Part shown: in pieces, positions 27,086 through 37,782 of the stretch
How positions within the stretch are numbered: position 1 is the first letter of the stretch
Layout of the letters: each line of letters opens with the position of its first letter
The notes under the pieces: generated by a model
The model's database searches: none
What the model saw: the letters and a program-made list of their open reading frames with translations, nothing else
Told to the model about the DNA's origin: nothing
Source: Candidatus Brocadiia bacterium
Lineage (GTDB): Bacteria; Planctomycetota; Brocadiia; CAIUPP01
Length of the DNA: 64,000 nucleotides
Assembly (NCBI GenBank): GCA_050015075.1
Contig: JBEKCB010000004.1
Coordinates: forward strand, 1 to 64,000
Direction: 5' to 3'
Position numbers and translations under genes: made by a program

Positions 27086-28087
27086 CTACTTCGCCGCTAC
27101 TCCCTTCAAGTGCTTGTCGCAAAAGTCCAGAATCTTGTCCTCGATGCCCGGAACCAGGATGTCCAGGCCGTGGGAGGCGCCCTTGACGATCAGGATCTCC
27201 ACCGGCACACCGGCATTCTTCAGCGCTTCGGCGAAACTGGTGGACTGCTCCACCGGCACCATTTCGTCCTTGTCGCCATGGATAATGAAAAACGGCGGCG
27301 CGTTCGGGTGAATGTGCAGGATGGGACTGCTCTGCCGGTAGGCATCCGGCATGGCCTCGGCGCTGCCCGCAAATAGCGGCAAGACCCGCGACTTGTCCTT
27401 GGGGACCAGATTCGTCGGCCCGTTGACGTCAACGACCGCCTGAACCTTGCTGCTCACGCCGGGATAACCCCCGCTCCCTTCCAAGGCCGGATCGTCCAAA
27501 ACGCCCAGGCAGGCCACGAGGTGCCCGCCGGCGCTGCCGCCGAGGACTCCAATGGCATTGGGATTGATGTGATACTTCTCCGCGTTGGCGCGAATCCAGC
27601 GCACCGCCAATTTGCAGTCTTCAATTTGCGCCGGCCACCGGGCGTCTTTGCTCGCCAGCCGATACTCGATGCTGGCCCCAAAATAACCATGCTGGGCAAA
27701 CACCTTGTAGGTCATGGTCGTCTTGTGCGAGCCGCCCGACCAGCCGCCACCGTGAATCTGGAGCAGCACCGGCATGGGGTCCTTGGGCAGCACCTTCGGC
27801 CGGGCGATTTCGGCGTGCAAGACTTGCCCACCGCCGGTCCCGATCACGACATCGTGGATCAACTCCACACCTTCGGGCGCAAAGTTCGGGTCGTCCAGGC
27901 TGTTGGCCCTGGCCGGTTGCGCGTTGACCACCGGCTGCGTGCCGGCTCCCGCGGGCTGGGTCGGCGTTGCCTGCGCGCCGGCGTAACCAACGAGCCAGAA
28001 CCCGAGGATCAGGAGGAGCCCCAGCACCATCGAGGCCGCCCCACGTAAGACCGTGCTCATCCAGCCCGCGAGCGTCGTTTTTCTCAT
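27086..28087 (-). CDS. Secreted alpha/beta hydrolase (HSL-type esterase)
   Basis: IHGGGW oxyanion motif, GGSAGGHL nucleophile, HGDKD, GASH; hydrophobic N-terminus. Confidence 0.9.
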   Translation of the reverse strand: MRKTTLAGWMSTVLRGAASMVLGLLLILGFWLVGYAGAQATPTQPAGAGTQPVVNAQPARANSLDDPNFAPEGVELIHDVVIGTGGGQVLHAEIARPKVLPKDPMPVLLQIHGGGWSGGSHKTTMTYKVFAQHGYFGASIEYRLASKDARWPAQIEDCKLAVRWIRANAEKYHINPNAIGVLGGSAGGHLVACLGVLDDPALEGSGGYPGVSSKVQAVVDVNGPTNLVPKDKSRVLPLFAGSAEAMPDAYRQSSPILHIHPNAPPFFIIHGDKDEMVPVEQSTSFAEALKNAGVPVEILIVKGASHGLDILVPGIEDKILDFCDKHLKGVAAK

Positions 28088-28683
28088 AGCAAGACTCCTC
28101 GTCAGCAACCCTTTTGCGATGGGATCCTTCGTTCGTCTCCTGCCGCCGGGCCGTTGGACCATTTCGGCTTGTTGATCAGACCGCCCTCAAGCGGCAATTT
28201 ATTGTCCGCCGGACGAGGCCAAGCGGCGATGTACTTCAGACCATCAGTCATAGGGAATGCCTATTTCCCCCTTCTATGCCCTATCTACCAGATCATGAGA
28301 GCAGTTTGAGCGGGAAACAGGCTAACATGCAGGAAGCCAGGTTTTCAAGGAGAATCTGGCAGGGAGTATTACTCGGTTCGCTCGCAGAGGCATGATGGTG
28401 CATCAAGGGGAGGGCGAATGCATCCATGCCACATCAGAGTACTGCGGCGGAGGTGGCATAGCGGCTTGTTGATCAATGCTTCCGGCTTGACAGTGCACGG
28501 GTGAGTCGTCAAAATAGCTCTTAAAATGCAGGAATGCTCGCAGACTCCGAGGCGACATAGGACCGTGCGGGGAACGCGGGAAAAGGGCCGATATGGATAA
28601 ACTCCTGCAAAAGCAGCTTTCTGCTGCAGGCCCACACGCTCTGGCCCTTCTTCGGTCAGAGGGTGCCTTGTTAGGGAACCCTG

Positions 28684-28960
28684 ATGCTTGCAGCAATTCA
28701 ATTTCCCATGGTTCATGTTCGCCGACTTCTGGATCAGTATACCGGTCTTCTGCCAGTGCCCAACTGGCCCGCACCCTTGGAGGATGTGGAGTTCATGCGC
28801 CACTTTGGTCCGATCCGCGTTCGGCCACAGGGGGGGGCATGACCGGGTGGGTCGTGGAAGATCGGATATGCCTGCGCCAGTCGGTTCCTTGGCATGAGCC
28901 AGGAGCTGGGCATTCAGATCAACCAATTCACAGCGGTGCTGACTCGACTCCACGGTTAGC
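28684..28960 (+). pseudogene. Fragment of a hypothetical gene, frameshifted at a poly-G run
   Basis: MLAAIQFPMVHVRRLL..PNWPAP..EFMRHFGPIRVRPQGG then continues in another frame (MTGWVVEDRIC) after the G8 run at about 28830. Confidence 0.35.
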
Positions 28961-28991
28961 CGCCGACGCTTCTGCGAAATGAGAGGAGCAT

Positions 28992-29762
28992 GTGAGTGGT
29001 ATGCATTATCCTTTGAACTTGGATGGCCGCCGTATCTTGATAACCGGGGCCGCATCCGGCATCGGACGGGCCACCGCCGTCCTGGTAAGCCGCTTGTCAG
29101 GGAGTGTGGCTGCCGTGGATCAGAATCGGGAAGGCCTGGAGCAGACGGTGGCGTCTCTTGAGGGGGGTGGACACACGCTCCACAGTTGCGACTTGCGGGA
29201 CATTGGAGGTATTCCGGAGTGGCTGCCGAAATTGGCGGAACAATGGGGCCCCCTGCATGGAATTGTCCATGCCGCCGGGGTGCCTTGTACGGTGCCGCTC
29301 CGTGTTCTGAAACCTGAAAGCTACCGTGACGTTCTGGCGGTGAACACGGAAGCCGCGCTCGCCCTGGCACGGGCTTTTCAGAGCCGGAAAGTTTACGCGG
29401 GTAATCACGGTTCAATTGTTTTCATTTCTTCCGTAATGGCGATCGTCGGGTCACCGACCATCGTGGCCTATTCGATGACCAAATCCGCCCTGATCGGCAT
29501 GGCCCGTTCGATGGCCCTCGAACTGGCGCCGAAACGAATCCGCGTGAACTGTGTGGCTCCCGGATTTGTGCGGACGCCGATGTATGCCCAAGTCGCCGGG
29601 TCCTGGGATCCGGAGCAAGAGGCGCGGATGATCGCGCTGCATCCGCTGGGACCGGGCGAACCCGAGGACATTGCCCACGCGATTGCCTTTCTGCTGGCCG
29701 ATACGGGCAGATGGATTACGGGCACCGTCTTGACCGTCGATGGCGGATATACCGCACAATAG
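28992..29762 (+). CDS. SDR oxidoreductase (FabG-like)
   Basis: TGAASGIG, HAAG, YSMTK, RVNCVAPG, VDGG. Confidence 0.93.
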   Translation: MSGMHYPLNLDGRRILITGAASGIGRATAVLVSRLSGSVAAVDQNREGLEQTVASLEGGGHTLHSCDLRDIGGIPEWLPKLAEQWGPLHGIVHAAGVPCTVPLRVLKPESYRDVLAVNTEAALALARAFQSRKVYAGNHGSIVFISSVMAIVGSPTIVAYSMTKSALIGMARSMALELAPKRIRVNCVAPGFVRTPMYAQVAGSWDPEQEARMIALHPLGPGEPEDIAHAIAFLLADTGRWITGTVLTVDGGYTAQ

Positions 29763-29770
29763 AAACGCAA

Positions 29771-30601
29771 TTACGGTGAGCGGGATTCAGCGGGCGGGGA
29801 CGGTGGTTGAGAATCAGTGACCTTGGGAGCGCCCGGCAGTTTGCAAATGATCTTGCCCGGGTCGCCGGCGACCAGGGAATACGGGGGGACTTGGATCCGG
29901 ACAACAGAACCGGCCGAGATGATGCTGCCCTCACCGATGGTGACTCCCGGAAAGATGATGGAACGCCGACCAATCCAGACATTGTCGCCGATTACGACTT
30001 CACGCACGTCGTCCGCGGACGGCGGTTTCCAAGTGTGCGTCTTCGCGTCCGCGATCCGTTCGGCCGCGTCCACCGGGTGTCCACTCGAATCCAAAATCCA
30101 ACAAGCGGGCGCAATTCCACAGTTACGCCCGATCGTGATGCGCTTGCCGATGGAAAACCCGCAGCCTGCGCCGATGCCGGTTCCGTCGCCGATCTCCAGC
30201 ACGGGCCGGTCCACGAAACGATAGGCAAAAGCAAAGGTGCATTTTCCATCGATCAGCACGTTATCACCGACGATGATGTCCCCTTTGCCCATGACCCAGT
30301 GAATGTAGATGTCGGTTCGCAGGTTTCGTCCGTAGCGCTTGCAGTATGCCTTGAAGAGCGGCTCCGCGATGAACACGCGCCTGAAAAAGAACACCAGAAA
30401 CCGCAACACGAGATACGCCCACAACATCGGCTTCACCACGAGGCGCGGCGCGGGCACACTGAAGTTATTCACGCGCCGGTAAAGCCAGCGAACCGCCCGC
30501 GGCATCCGCCGGTTGGAAGTGGCGAGGTACCGGCGGAACGACGCTCGGGTCAACTTGACCTCTTCGGTTGTCTCCGGTTTCTCGCTGGTGGGCGTAGTCA
30601 T
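29771..30601 (-). CDS. Left-handed beta-helix acyltransferase
   Basis: Hexapeptide repeats IGDNVWIG..PGVTIGEGSIISAGSVV; DSSGHP. Confidence 0.9.
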   Translation of the reverse strand: MTTPTSEKPETTEEVKLTRASFRRYLATSNRRMPRAVRWLYRRVNNFSVPAPRLVVKPMLWAYLVLRFLVFFFRRVFIAEPLFKAYCKRYGRNLRTDIYIHWVMGKGDIIVGDNVLIDGKCTFAFAYRFVDRPVLEIGDGTGIGAGCGFSIGKRITIGRNCGIAPACWILDSSGHPVDAAERIADAKTHTWKPPSADDVREVVIGDNVWIGRRSIIFPGVTIGEGSIISAGSVVRIQVPPYSLVAGDPGKIICKLPGAPKVTDSQPPSPPAESRSP

Positions 30602-32475
30602 GATTGTTTCCTCGCCGCCAAGGGTGCGTCTTCAATGGGCAAAGCGGGCGGTTGCGCCGTGCCAGGGGTCAACACAAACACCGTTTCCGCGGCGGTCGCG
30701 GCAAACTGTTGAAATCCGATCGTGGCATAGAAGTCAGCCACGACGGAATTCTTGGGAGTGCGGCAGTACGAGCCGACGAGTTTGTCAATTCGCCTCTTCT
30801 TCGCTTCAGCGACGAGCGTTTGAACCATGAATTGCTCCATGCCGCGTCCCATCACCCGGCAACTCATCAGCAAGGTATCGATCCGCCACGCGTCGTCACC
30901 GTCGGCCAGCGCGATGATCACCCCGATGATACCAGAATCACCAATCCGGTCCCGCAACCGGAACCACTGTGTCCAGTTCTTCCCGTTCTGGCTGACGCGC
31001 CGCAGTTCTTCGAGACTGTGACGCCGCGAGGTCAGGTTGAACTGATTGGTCTTGCCCACGAGCTGGGCCACGCGCGGCAGCGTCGCTTCATCGAATGAGC
31101 CGTGGGTGGAGACCATGTGCAGATCACGCAGGTACTCGGCTTCGGAAGCCGCGCCGCGCAACAGTTGTTCGCGCTGGGCCTCGGCGGCGTAGCTTTCGGT
31201 GCGCTGCCGGTCTTCTTCGGAAAGGCTCCAGGCCTCGAAGTATCGGCCCGCGGCCAGAACGCGAATGAATTCCGCCGGGTCATCTGTGATCTCCGGCACG
31301 GCGACCATCGGCAGTTGGGCGCGAACGTGGGCGCGCTCGGCGGGGTTGTCATCGAGGAATACGAAGCTGTCCAGGCCGAGGTTCAGTCTGCGCGCCATCG
31401 CTTGGAGGTTGTCAACCTTGTCCTTCCAGTTGGCGAAAAAGGCGGCAAAATCGTTCAGTGCCAGGACAGAAGCTTCATGCCTTTCGAATGGCAACCGCGC
31501 ATCCTGTTCGTCGTTCTTGCTGCAGACGGCAAGAAGAATTCCGCGCTCCTTCAACTCGCGACAATACCGCTGCAATGCCTGATGGGCCTCGCCGCGGGAG
31601 TCCGGGGGTCCAAGCTGGATGCCCCCGAGGCCATCTTCGCCAATCACACCTCCCCACAGCGTATTGTCCAAGTCGAGGACGAGCACTTTCTTTGTCAGGC
31701 CGAGCCCGGCACGGATCAATGCCAATTGGGCTTTGGCGAGAACCGGAAGGGCCTCGTGGGCCGGGTGCTGCTTGGCCAGATACCACGCGCGGTCATCCTG
31801 CCAGCGCTCTCTTCCGAAGTTGGCCGATACTTGGGATTGATCAAGAATGGCGACATGCGGCGGCGCCATCTGGGCCAGCCGAAGATTCAATTCCCGCAGA
31901 ACGGCCTGCCGGCCCCCGCGGAGTCTCTGGCTCAGGGTGCCAAAGGCCTCCCAGGCCGGGAGGTCGAAATTATGCTGGATGATCCGGCACGGTTGGCGGC
32001 TCACAACGGCGTCCCATTGTCCCTTCAGACCGTCCAAGACCATCTGCACGGTTGACTCTGGATCGCTGCTAAGAGCGGGGAGATTCGAGTCGCGCCAGTG
32101 GTTGGCGAACAGAACGAGATCCGGCGAAAACGCGTATAATCCGGAGGTCGGCTTCACCACCTCTTGGGTGAGCGCCCCGTAGGGAGATGCGTAGATTTCC
32201 AGCGCCAAGCCTTCCGACCAGGCAAGCACCCGCAAGATCGGCAGGTGGAACATGACGGTGTGATTACAAAGGTACGCGACCCGACACGCGCGACTGATGC
32301 CCGGAGGTGGAGACTGCTTGTGCAATCGGTCGAACAGTTCCGCGGCCTTGGCGAGGAAACCGTACGTCTCGGGTCCCGTGACCACGGCTTGACGCAAGGC
32401 AGCATAGGCCCCCATCACGTCACCGGCTCGGCGGCGTTCCCGTGCTAATTCCAGGATATTCTCAGCAGAGGGCAT
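30598..32475 (-). CDS. FkbH-like glyceryl transferase/phosphatase (HAD-IIIC)
   Basis: KKVLVLDLDNTLWGGVIGEDG, CSKN, FLDDNPAER, KTNQFNLT, LMSCRVMGR. Confidence 0.95.
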   Translation of the reverse strand: MPSAENILELARERRRAGDVMGAYAALRQAVVTGPETYGFLAKAAELFDRLHKQSPPPGISRACRVAYLCNHTVMFHLPILRVLAWSEGLALEIYASPYGALTQEVVKPTSGLYAFSPDLVLFANHWRDSNLPALSSDPESTVQMVLDGLKGQWDAVVSRQPCRIIQHNFDLPAWEAFGTLSQRLRGGRQAVLRELNLRLAQMAPPHVAILDQSQVSANFGRERWQDDRAWYLAKQHPAHEALPVLAKAQLALIRAGLGLTKKVLVLDLDNTLWGGVIGEDGLGGIQLGPPDSRGEAHQALQRYCRELKERGILLAVCSKNDEQDARLPFERHEASVLALNDFAAFFANWKDKVDNLQAMARRLNLGLDSFVFLDDNPAERAHVRAQLPMVAVPEITDDPAEFIRVLAAGRYFEAWSLSEEDRQRTESYAAEAQREQLLRGAASEAEYLRDLHMVSTHGSFDEATLPRVAQLVGKTNQFNLTSRRHSLEELRRVSQNGKNWTQWFRLRDRIGDSGIIGVIIALADGDDAWRIDTLLMSCRVMGRGMEQFMVQTLVAEAKKRRIDKLVGSYCRTPKNSVVADFYATIGFQQFAATAAETVFVLTPGTAQPPALPIEDAPLAARKQS

Positions 32476-33886
32476 GATCGTTCGCCATGGTGCGCAAATG
32501 TTCCAAAAGGATCGGAACGGGGTCCCGATTCTCGCCCGGCATGAAACTGACGGTCTGATCGGTGGCCATTCGGGGTAGCCTGGGCTTGTGGATGATGAGG
32601 CCCGGATGGGCCTTCTCCAGGAACCGGCAGAGCCCTTCCCCAGCCATCTTGGCGGTCGCGTATTCGCCCATGTCCGGCGGGAGTTCGTCAATGAACGCAG
32701 TGGAAGGATACAGCACCCGCTGCAACCCGCGGCGGATCAACGGCTCCAACATCCGATGAAAGCCTAGAACGTAGTAGTTGCAGAACGTTTCGAACAGCGA
32801 ACCGGAAAATACCCCGTTCTTTCCTCGGGCGATGAAAGGCGAAGCCAGGTAATACAGGTGAGTCGGAGTCCATTCGGGCCCCAGTACGCCACCCATATTG
32901 GAGGCGCAATCCAGAACATCGAACGGAAGACAACCGGCATGACCGCCTGCCGAAGTGATCTCGGCGACTACTCGACGAGCGTCCGCGGCTCCCCGATGAT
33001 AGGTGAGTCTCACCTCCGCGCCGCCGGCGGAAAGGAGTTTGGCGGTCACTTCACCGAGACCGCGGGAACCGCCAATGATCAATGCCCGTTGGCCGGCAAA
33101 CTCACTGCGGTTGACGGTATCATGAAGGGCTCCATAACTGACCTGGTCCTGGGGAGGCGGACGGAAGAACGCGGTCACGACGCCGGTCATGTTCGGCGAA
33201 CCGATGTCCATCATCGCGACGCCGTAGCGCGTGTCAAGCTTCGTGACCCTGTAAGTCATGACAGGAGTTATGTTCGCATCGGCCCGGAACAGAATGTCCA
33301 GAGACGAATAGAGAGAGTACAGTCCGGGGCATTCCATACCCACGAGCCGCGTTGTTGCCAGCAACTGGGCGACCCGCAGCGGGGGCATAGCGGCGGCCAG
33401 ATGTGGAAAAAGCCGGGCGGAAGCCTGAGGATTCAGATACAGAGGCAACGTTCCCGAGGCGTTTTCAGCGTCGCGCATTGCGAGGACTCTGGGCTCTTGG
33501 CGTTGCGGAAACCCCACAGCGAAAAGGTCCAGATCCCGGCTGGACGAGGGGTGCCAATTGACCTTGATCTTTGTGGTCACGGACTGGTCAACGAGCAAGT
33601 GAAGTTGGGCTTGATCTGAGCGTTCGGTCACCGGGGAGCAAGTGACGACATCGCCCAACCGAATTGGCCTCGTGAAGGCCGCATGAATTGCACTGACGGA
33701 GACCGGAAGGGGACGATCTCGCAGCCACACGTCCAACCCCCACAACAGGGAGTGGATGCCATGCACCACAGCCGCCCCAAACATCGAGCGGCGGGCAACG
33801 ACCGGGTCGATGTGGAGGGGATTGTAGTCACCGGAGAGTTCGGCAAACGCCAGTTGATCCGTCAAGCCAAATGTTCGCGTTGTCAT
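32462..33886 (-). CDS. MaoC-type dehydratase fused to SDR domain
   Basis: FAELSGDYNPLH..VVHG; GGSRGLG; YATAK. Confidence 0.88.
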   Translation of the reverse strand: MTTRTFGLTDQLAFAELSGDYNPLHIDPVVARRSMFGAAVVHGIHSLLWGLDVWLRDRPLPVSVSAIHAAFTRPIRLGDVVTCSPVTERSDQAQLHLLVDQSVTTKIKVNWHPSSSRDLDLFAVGFPQRQEPRVLAMRDAENASGTLPLYLNPQASARLFPHLAAAMPPLRVAQLLATTRLVGMECPGLYSLYSSLDILFRADANITPVMTYRVTKLDTRYGVAMMDIGSPNMTGVVTAFFRPPPQDQVSYGALHDTVNRSEFAGQRALIIGGSRGLGEVTAKLLSAGGAEVRLTYHRGAADARRVVAEITSAGGHAGCLPFDVLDCASNMGGVLGPEWTPTHLYYLASPFIARGKNGVFSGSLFETFCNYYVLGFHRMLEPLIRRGLQRVLYPSTAFIDELPPDMGEYATAKMAGEGLCRFLEKAHPGLIIHKPRLPRMATDQTVSFMPGENRDPVPILLEHLRTMANDHALC

Positions 33887-33901
33887 CGCTGTGCCGAAGG
33901 T

Positions 33902-34135
33902 CTATGAACTCAGGGGTTCGAGAACGGACAGCATATCTCTGACGGACTTGATCTTGGCCACCTGATCCGTGGTGAAGCGCATGCCGAATTCAGACTCTAT
34001 GCTTAGCACGAGGCGGACGGTGGCCAGGGAATCCCAATCCCCGTAGAATGAGGGGGAAAACTCCGGCGTCAGCCGGATGGACGGATCGTCGAACACGTCC
34101 TGGAAAACGTTCTGCAGCTTCTCGATCGTGGTCAT
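33902..34135 (-). CDS. Acyl carrier protein
   Basis: 77 aa, acidic, WDSL pantetheine site. Confidence 0.9.
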   Translation of the reverse strand: MTTIEKLQNVFQDVFDDPSIRLTPEFSPSFYGDWDSLATVRLVLSIESEFGMRFTTDQVAKIKSVRDMLSVLEPLSS

Positions 34136-34144
34136 CCGATATCG

Positions 34145-35161
34145 CTAACTCCATTCAATGGCCGCAACACTCCAGGACAGCCCGTTGCCGAACCCCGACA
34201 GCACGAGTCGGTCGCCCGGCTTGACTTTGCCCTGGCGCAACGCCTCGCTTAACAAAAGGGGCGAGGACGCGCCGGCGGCGTTCCCGATGTTCTCCATGAA
34301 ATAGAACCTCTTTTCCGGCGGCACGTTCAAAGCCCGGTAGATCATGTCCACCATGGTTTTGTTGGCCTGGTGAAGCAGGACGAGGCGGCAATCCTCCACA
34401 GCCCAATTCCATTTCGACAAAGCGAACTGGATCGCCTCGGGCACGGTGGTCATGCTGAAGTGAAAGACGGCGGGGCCATTCATCTGCAAGTGTTCGGCCG
34501 TAGTGACGCTGCCGGTATCGGTGACGATTTCCCTGCCGGTATCCGCAGTGCGTTTGGCCCGGGCGCCTGAAACCGGCATCACGATGTGTTTCCATCCGGT
34601 ACCATCAGTTCCGAAGTGGAAGCCATGCAGCCGGCCGCCGCCGGCAGACCGGTCGAGCAACGTGGCAACGGCGGCATCACCGTGCAGCGTCACCAGAGCA
34701 CGGTCCTTGGGATAGAGCACTTGAGTGATCGCGTCGGCATTGAGTACGAGTGCCCGATTGGCCGCGCCGGTTTCCAGGAGACCGTTCGCGACGCTGAGGC
34801 TGTAAGGAAAGGCGCTGCAACCCTGGTTGAGATCGAAGCAGGCGCAGTTCAGGCGAAGTCCCAAACGTTCGTGCAGGACGCAGGCGGTGGCCGGGATCTG
34901 GTAGTCGGGGGTCTGTGAGGTGAAGATGAGCAGATCAATGCTTTGCGGGTCGCAGTGCTGTTCAGTCAACAACTGTTGCGCGGCACGCGTCGCCAGGTCC
35001 GCGGCCGTCTCGCCGGGCGAAGCGATTCGTCGCTCTGTGATGCCGGACATCTTCGAGATCGAACGGACGGCCTTCTCACCGAACCGCAGATACAAATCCT
35101 CATTGGTCAGGCGTCCTTCCGGCAGGCAGTACGCCATGGCTTTGATGTAGGCCACTCTCAA
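34145..35161 (-). CDS. 3-oxoacyl-ACP synthase III (FabH-like)
   Basis: DLNQGCSAF, HQAN, IGNAAGAS: Cys-His-Asn triad intact. Confidence 0.93.
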   Translation of the reverse strand: MRVAYIKAMAYCLPEGRLTNEDLYLRFGEKAVRSISKMSGITERRIASPGETAADLATRAAQQLLTEQHCDPQSIDLLIFTSQTPDYQIPATACVLHERLGLRLNCACFDLNQGCSAFPYSLSVANGLLETGAANRALVLNADAITQVLYPKDRALVTLHGDAAVATLLDRSAGGGRLHGFHFGTDGTGWKHIVMPVSGARAKRTADTGREIVTDTGSVTTAEHLQMNGPAVFHFSMTTVPEAIQFALSKWNWAVEDCRLVLLHQANKTMVDMIYRALNVPPEKRFYFMENIGNAAGASSPLLLSEALRQGKVKPGDRLVLSGFGNGLSWSVAAIEWS

Positions 35162-35847
35162 TTCTCCAAGGTCGCCGCACGAACGGCGGCGGCGTCGTGA
35201 CGGAATGCGCCCAGCGTAAAACTCATTCCATGTCCGGGATAAACAACGGTATCGTCGTCAAATTCGCTCAGAATTCTGGAGACGCTCTCCCGCAATGCCG
35301 GCTTGTTGCTGCCGGGAAGATGAGTGGGCGATGTAACCTTTCCAAGGAAAGTGTCACCGGTGAAGAGCGCTTGTCCAATGGCAACGGAAACTCCGCCGGG
35401 CGAATGTCCCGGCGTCGGAAACGCTTTGACCTTTCCGGTGCGCCACGGCAGTTCCCAGTCCATTTGCTCCCAACTCCACTCCGCAGGTTCGCAGATCAAG
35501 CGGGGCCCCTCATGGTAAGCGGACAAGTTCTTCTTCGGATCGGTGATCGACTGGATGCAGAGCTCGGAACACACAACGGCGCTCTGGTATCGCTGGCGAA
35601 GCGTATTGACTCCACCAATGTGATCGAAGTGTTCGTGAGTCAAAAGGATGTACGGCACATGTCGCACACCGGCGGATGCCAAGGCGCCCAATAGCGGCCC
35701 GATGTCGGGATCGCCCGGATCAACCACCAGCGCCTCCCGGTGGGACGGGGAGTGGACCACATACGTGCAGGACGAAAACACCGATGACACCAATTGTGTA
35801 ATGTGTAAATTATGACTAGCGCGGCATTGCATAGAATGTCTCGTCAA
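35158..35847 (-). CDS. Metallo-beta-lactamase-fold hydrolase; start uncertain
   Basis: THEHFDHIGG, TPGHSPG, FTGD, YPGHG. Confidence 0.88.
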   Translation of the reverse strand: MTRHSMQCRASHNLHITQLVSSVFSSCTYVVHSPSHREALVVDPGDPDIGPLLGALASAGVRHVPYILLTHEHFDHIGGVNTLRQRYQSAVVCSELCIQSITDPKKNLSAYHEGPRLICEPAEWSWEQMDWELPWRTGKVKAFPTPGHSPGGVSVAIGQALFTGDTFLGKVTSPTHLPGSNKPALRESVSRILSEFDDDTVVYPGHGMSFTLGAFRHDAAAVRAATLEN

Positions 35848-36916
35848 TCATGCTGTTCAAGAAACGTCGCAGGTGATAGCGATACCCGAGACCGTCTGTC
35901 AGCTCTCTCACCAGTAACGGCAACGCGTAGAAATCCTCGGGGTGATGGTAGACTCTTACCGCCAAGCCGGGGCGATGAGCCCGGATGGTTTCCCGTGCAC
36001 CGCGCAGAATGCCGGCCTCCGATCCCTCAACATCCATCGTTATCAATGAAGGCCGGAAATTGAAAAAAGCGTCGTCGATTGACACGGCCTGGACCATGGC
36101 GTCACCCTTGCCAATCCCCCCCATTTCGCCATCCATCGAGAAGCGAAGCTGCTCAGTTTTCTCCGACACAGCCAGCGGGTAGGCCTGCGCTCCTGGTACG
36201 TTGCGGACAACCTTTGTTAGTTTGGCGTAGTTGGTGGGATTGGGTTCCAGTCCCGCGTAGGCTTCAACGGTGTAGCCGGCGGCTTCTGCCGCGGCCAAGT
36301 CCGCCCCGTCATACGCACCGCATTCAAGGAAGCGAAGTGGTTCTGGCCAACGTCCGACTTCTTGGTCGCAGAAGTACGAGTAGATCTCGTGATACTGCCA
36401 ACTGGCCAGTGAAGCGCCATAACGCTCAGGTTTCTTCAAACGCTTGTAGAGTGTTCCCGGCGGCAGGAACGATATACTCCGTTGTTCATGGGCTTTCACG
36501 CAGGCCTTGTACAATTCACGGCTAACCTCATCGTCCCAAATGGATTCTGCTTGGGCAATTTCCTCATCGCGTCCGGCATGAACGTTGGGACCTCCCATCC
36601 ACAGCCATGGGGGCAGCTCTCGCCAGTGGAAGTTGTAATATAACTCAACGGAATACCACTTCTCGTTTTCTAACATCGTGATTATGCTGCGCAACCGTTC
36701 TCCGGGATGGTCAACCGTGACGAGCAAGCGCAGGGTGGAACGCTTTTCCGGCGGGAAATCAGCCGAGCGAAGCACTGGAACACCTTCGAATTCAGTCAGG
36801 CCGGTGAAATCATCCAAGATGGCAACAATGGGCCTGTGGTTCTTCTTCAGGAATCTGACTGCTTGCTGACCAAGAAATGCGCTTCCGAAAACTACAATAC
36901 CGACCTCATTCTTCAT
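35816..36916 (-). CDS. FkbM-family O-methyltransferase
   Basis: ECGAYDG, LEPNP, ITMDVEGSE, VYHHPED. Confidence 0.85.
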   Translation of the reverse strand: MKNEVGIVVFGSAFLGQQAVRFLKKNHRPIVAILDDFTGLTEFEGVPVLRSADFPPEKRSTLRLLVTVDHPGERLRSIITMLENEKWYSVELYYNFHWRELPPWLWMGGPNVHAGRDEEIAQAESIWDDEVSRELYKACVKAHEQRSISFLPPGTLYKRLKKPERYGASLASWQYHEIYSYFCDQEVGRWPEPLRFLECGAYDGADLAAAEAAGYTVEAYAGLEPNPTNYAKLTKVVRNVPGAQAYPLAVSEKTEQLRFSMDGEMGGIGKGDAMVQAVSIDDAFFNFRPSLITMDVEGSEAGILRGARETIRAHRPGLAVRVYHHPEDFYALPLLVRELTDGLGYRYHLRRFLNSMIDETFYAMPR

Positions 36917-37023
36917 GTAGTCTCTCGTGCCGATCCTGTTAAGTCGTATGTCGCTGTTTCCAGTATTGTTCCTGCAATTGCGAGTAAATGCCGGTAAGGG
37001 TGAGACTGGCCTGGGTGATGATT

Positions 37024-37782
37024 CTAGTGAGCCGTGTAACCGCCATCCACCACCAACGTTGAGCCGGTAACCCATTTTGCCGCCGGGGAGAGCAGGTATG
37101 CAATCGCGTAGGCAACATCGCTCGGATCACCGAGCCCCATGGGATGCTCACGTTCGATGGCAGCCACGTAGTCTTCTGTCAGACCCTTGGTAAATTGGCT
37201 GGACATTTCGCCGCGGATCATGCTCGGGGCGACGCAATTCACGCGGATTCGCTCACGAGCCAACTCCATCGCCAAGGAGCGCGTCAGCGCGATAATCGCC
37301 CCTTTGGAGGCGGAGTAGGCGGACAACGCCGGTTGGCCAACCAGCCCGGCCACGGAGGCGAGAAATACCACCGATCCGCCTGGGTTGTTCACGCCGCGCT
37401 GCCGGTAGCCCTTGGCCAACCAGAGGCTGGCGGTCACGTTGACCCGCCACAATTGTTCCACCGGTGCCGGTTCCAGCGTCTTAAGAGGCAGGCCGATGTG
37501 CAGGCCGGCGGAATGCACCAGACCGTCGAGGCTGCCATGCTGTTGGGTCAAATCTTTCAGCCACGCCGGGATGTTCTCATAGGCGCTCAGGTCGAAGACA
37601 CTCGTGACATGGCCGTTGCCGGTCAAAGCGCTGTGTGTGGACTCGAGCCGCTCCTGATTCCGGGCCACGAGGATGATACGCGCCCCCATTTGGCTCAGGA
37701 CAATCGCCGTTTCACGCCCGATACCTGAGGAGGCGCCCGTGACCAGTATCCTGCGCGCCGTCAGTTCAAAGGGATTCAACAC
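37024..37782 (-). CDS. SDR oxidoreductase (FabG-like)
   Basis: TGASSGIG, HSAG, YSASKGA, RVNCVAP; overlaps the upstream FabH stop. Confidence 0.93.
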   Translation of the reverse strand: MLNPFELTARRILVTGASSGIGRETAIVLSQMGARIILVARNQERLESTHSALTGNGHVTSVFDLSAYENIPAWLKDLTQQHGSLDGLVHSAGLHIGLPLKTLEPAPVEQLWRVNVTASLWLAKGYRQRGVNNPGGSVVFLASVAGLVGQPALSAYSASKGAIIALTRSLAMELARERIRVNCVAPSMIRGEMSSQFTKGLTEDYVAAIEREHPMGLGDPSDVAYAIAYLLSPAAKWVTGSTLVVDGGYTAH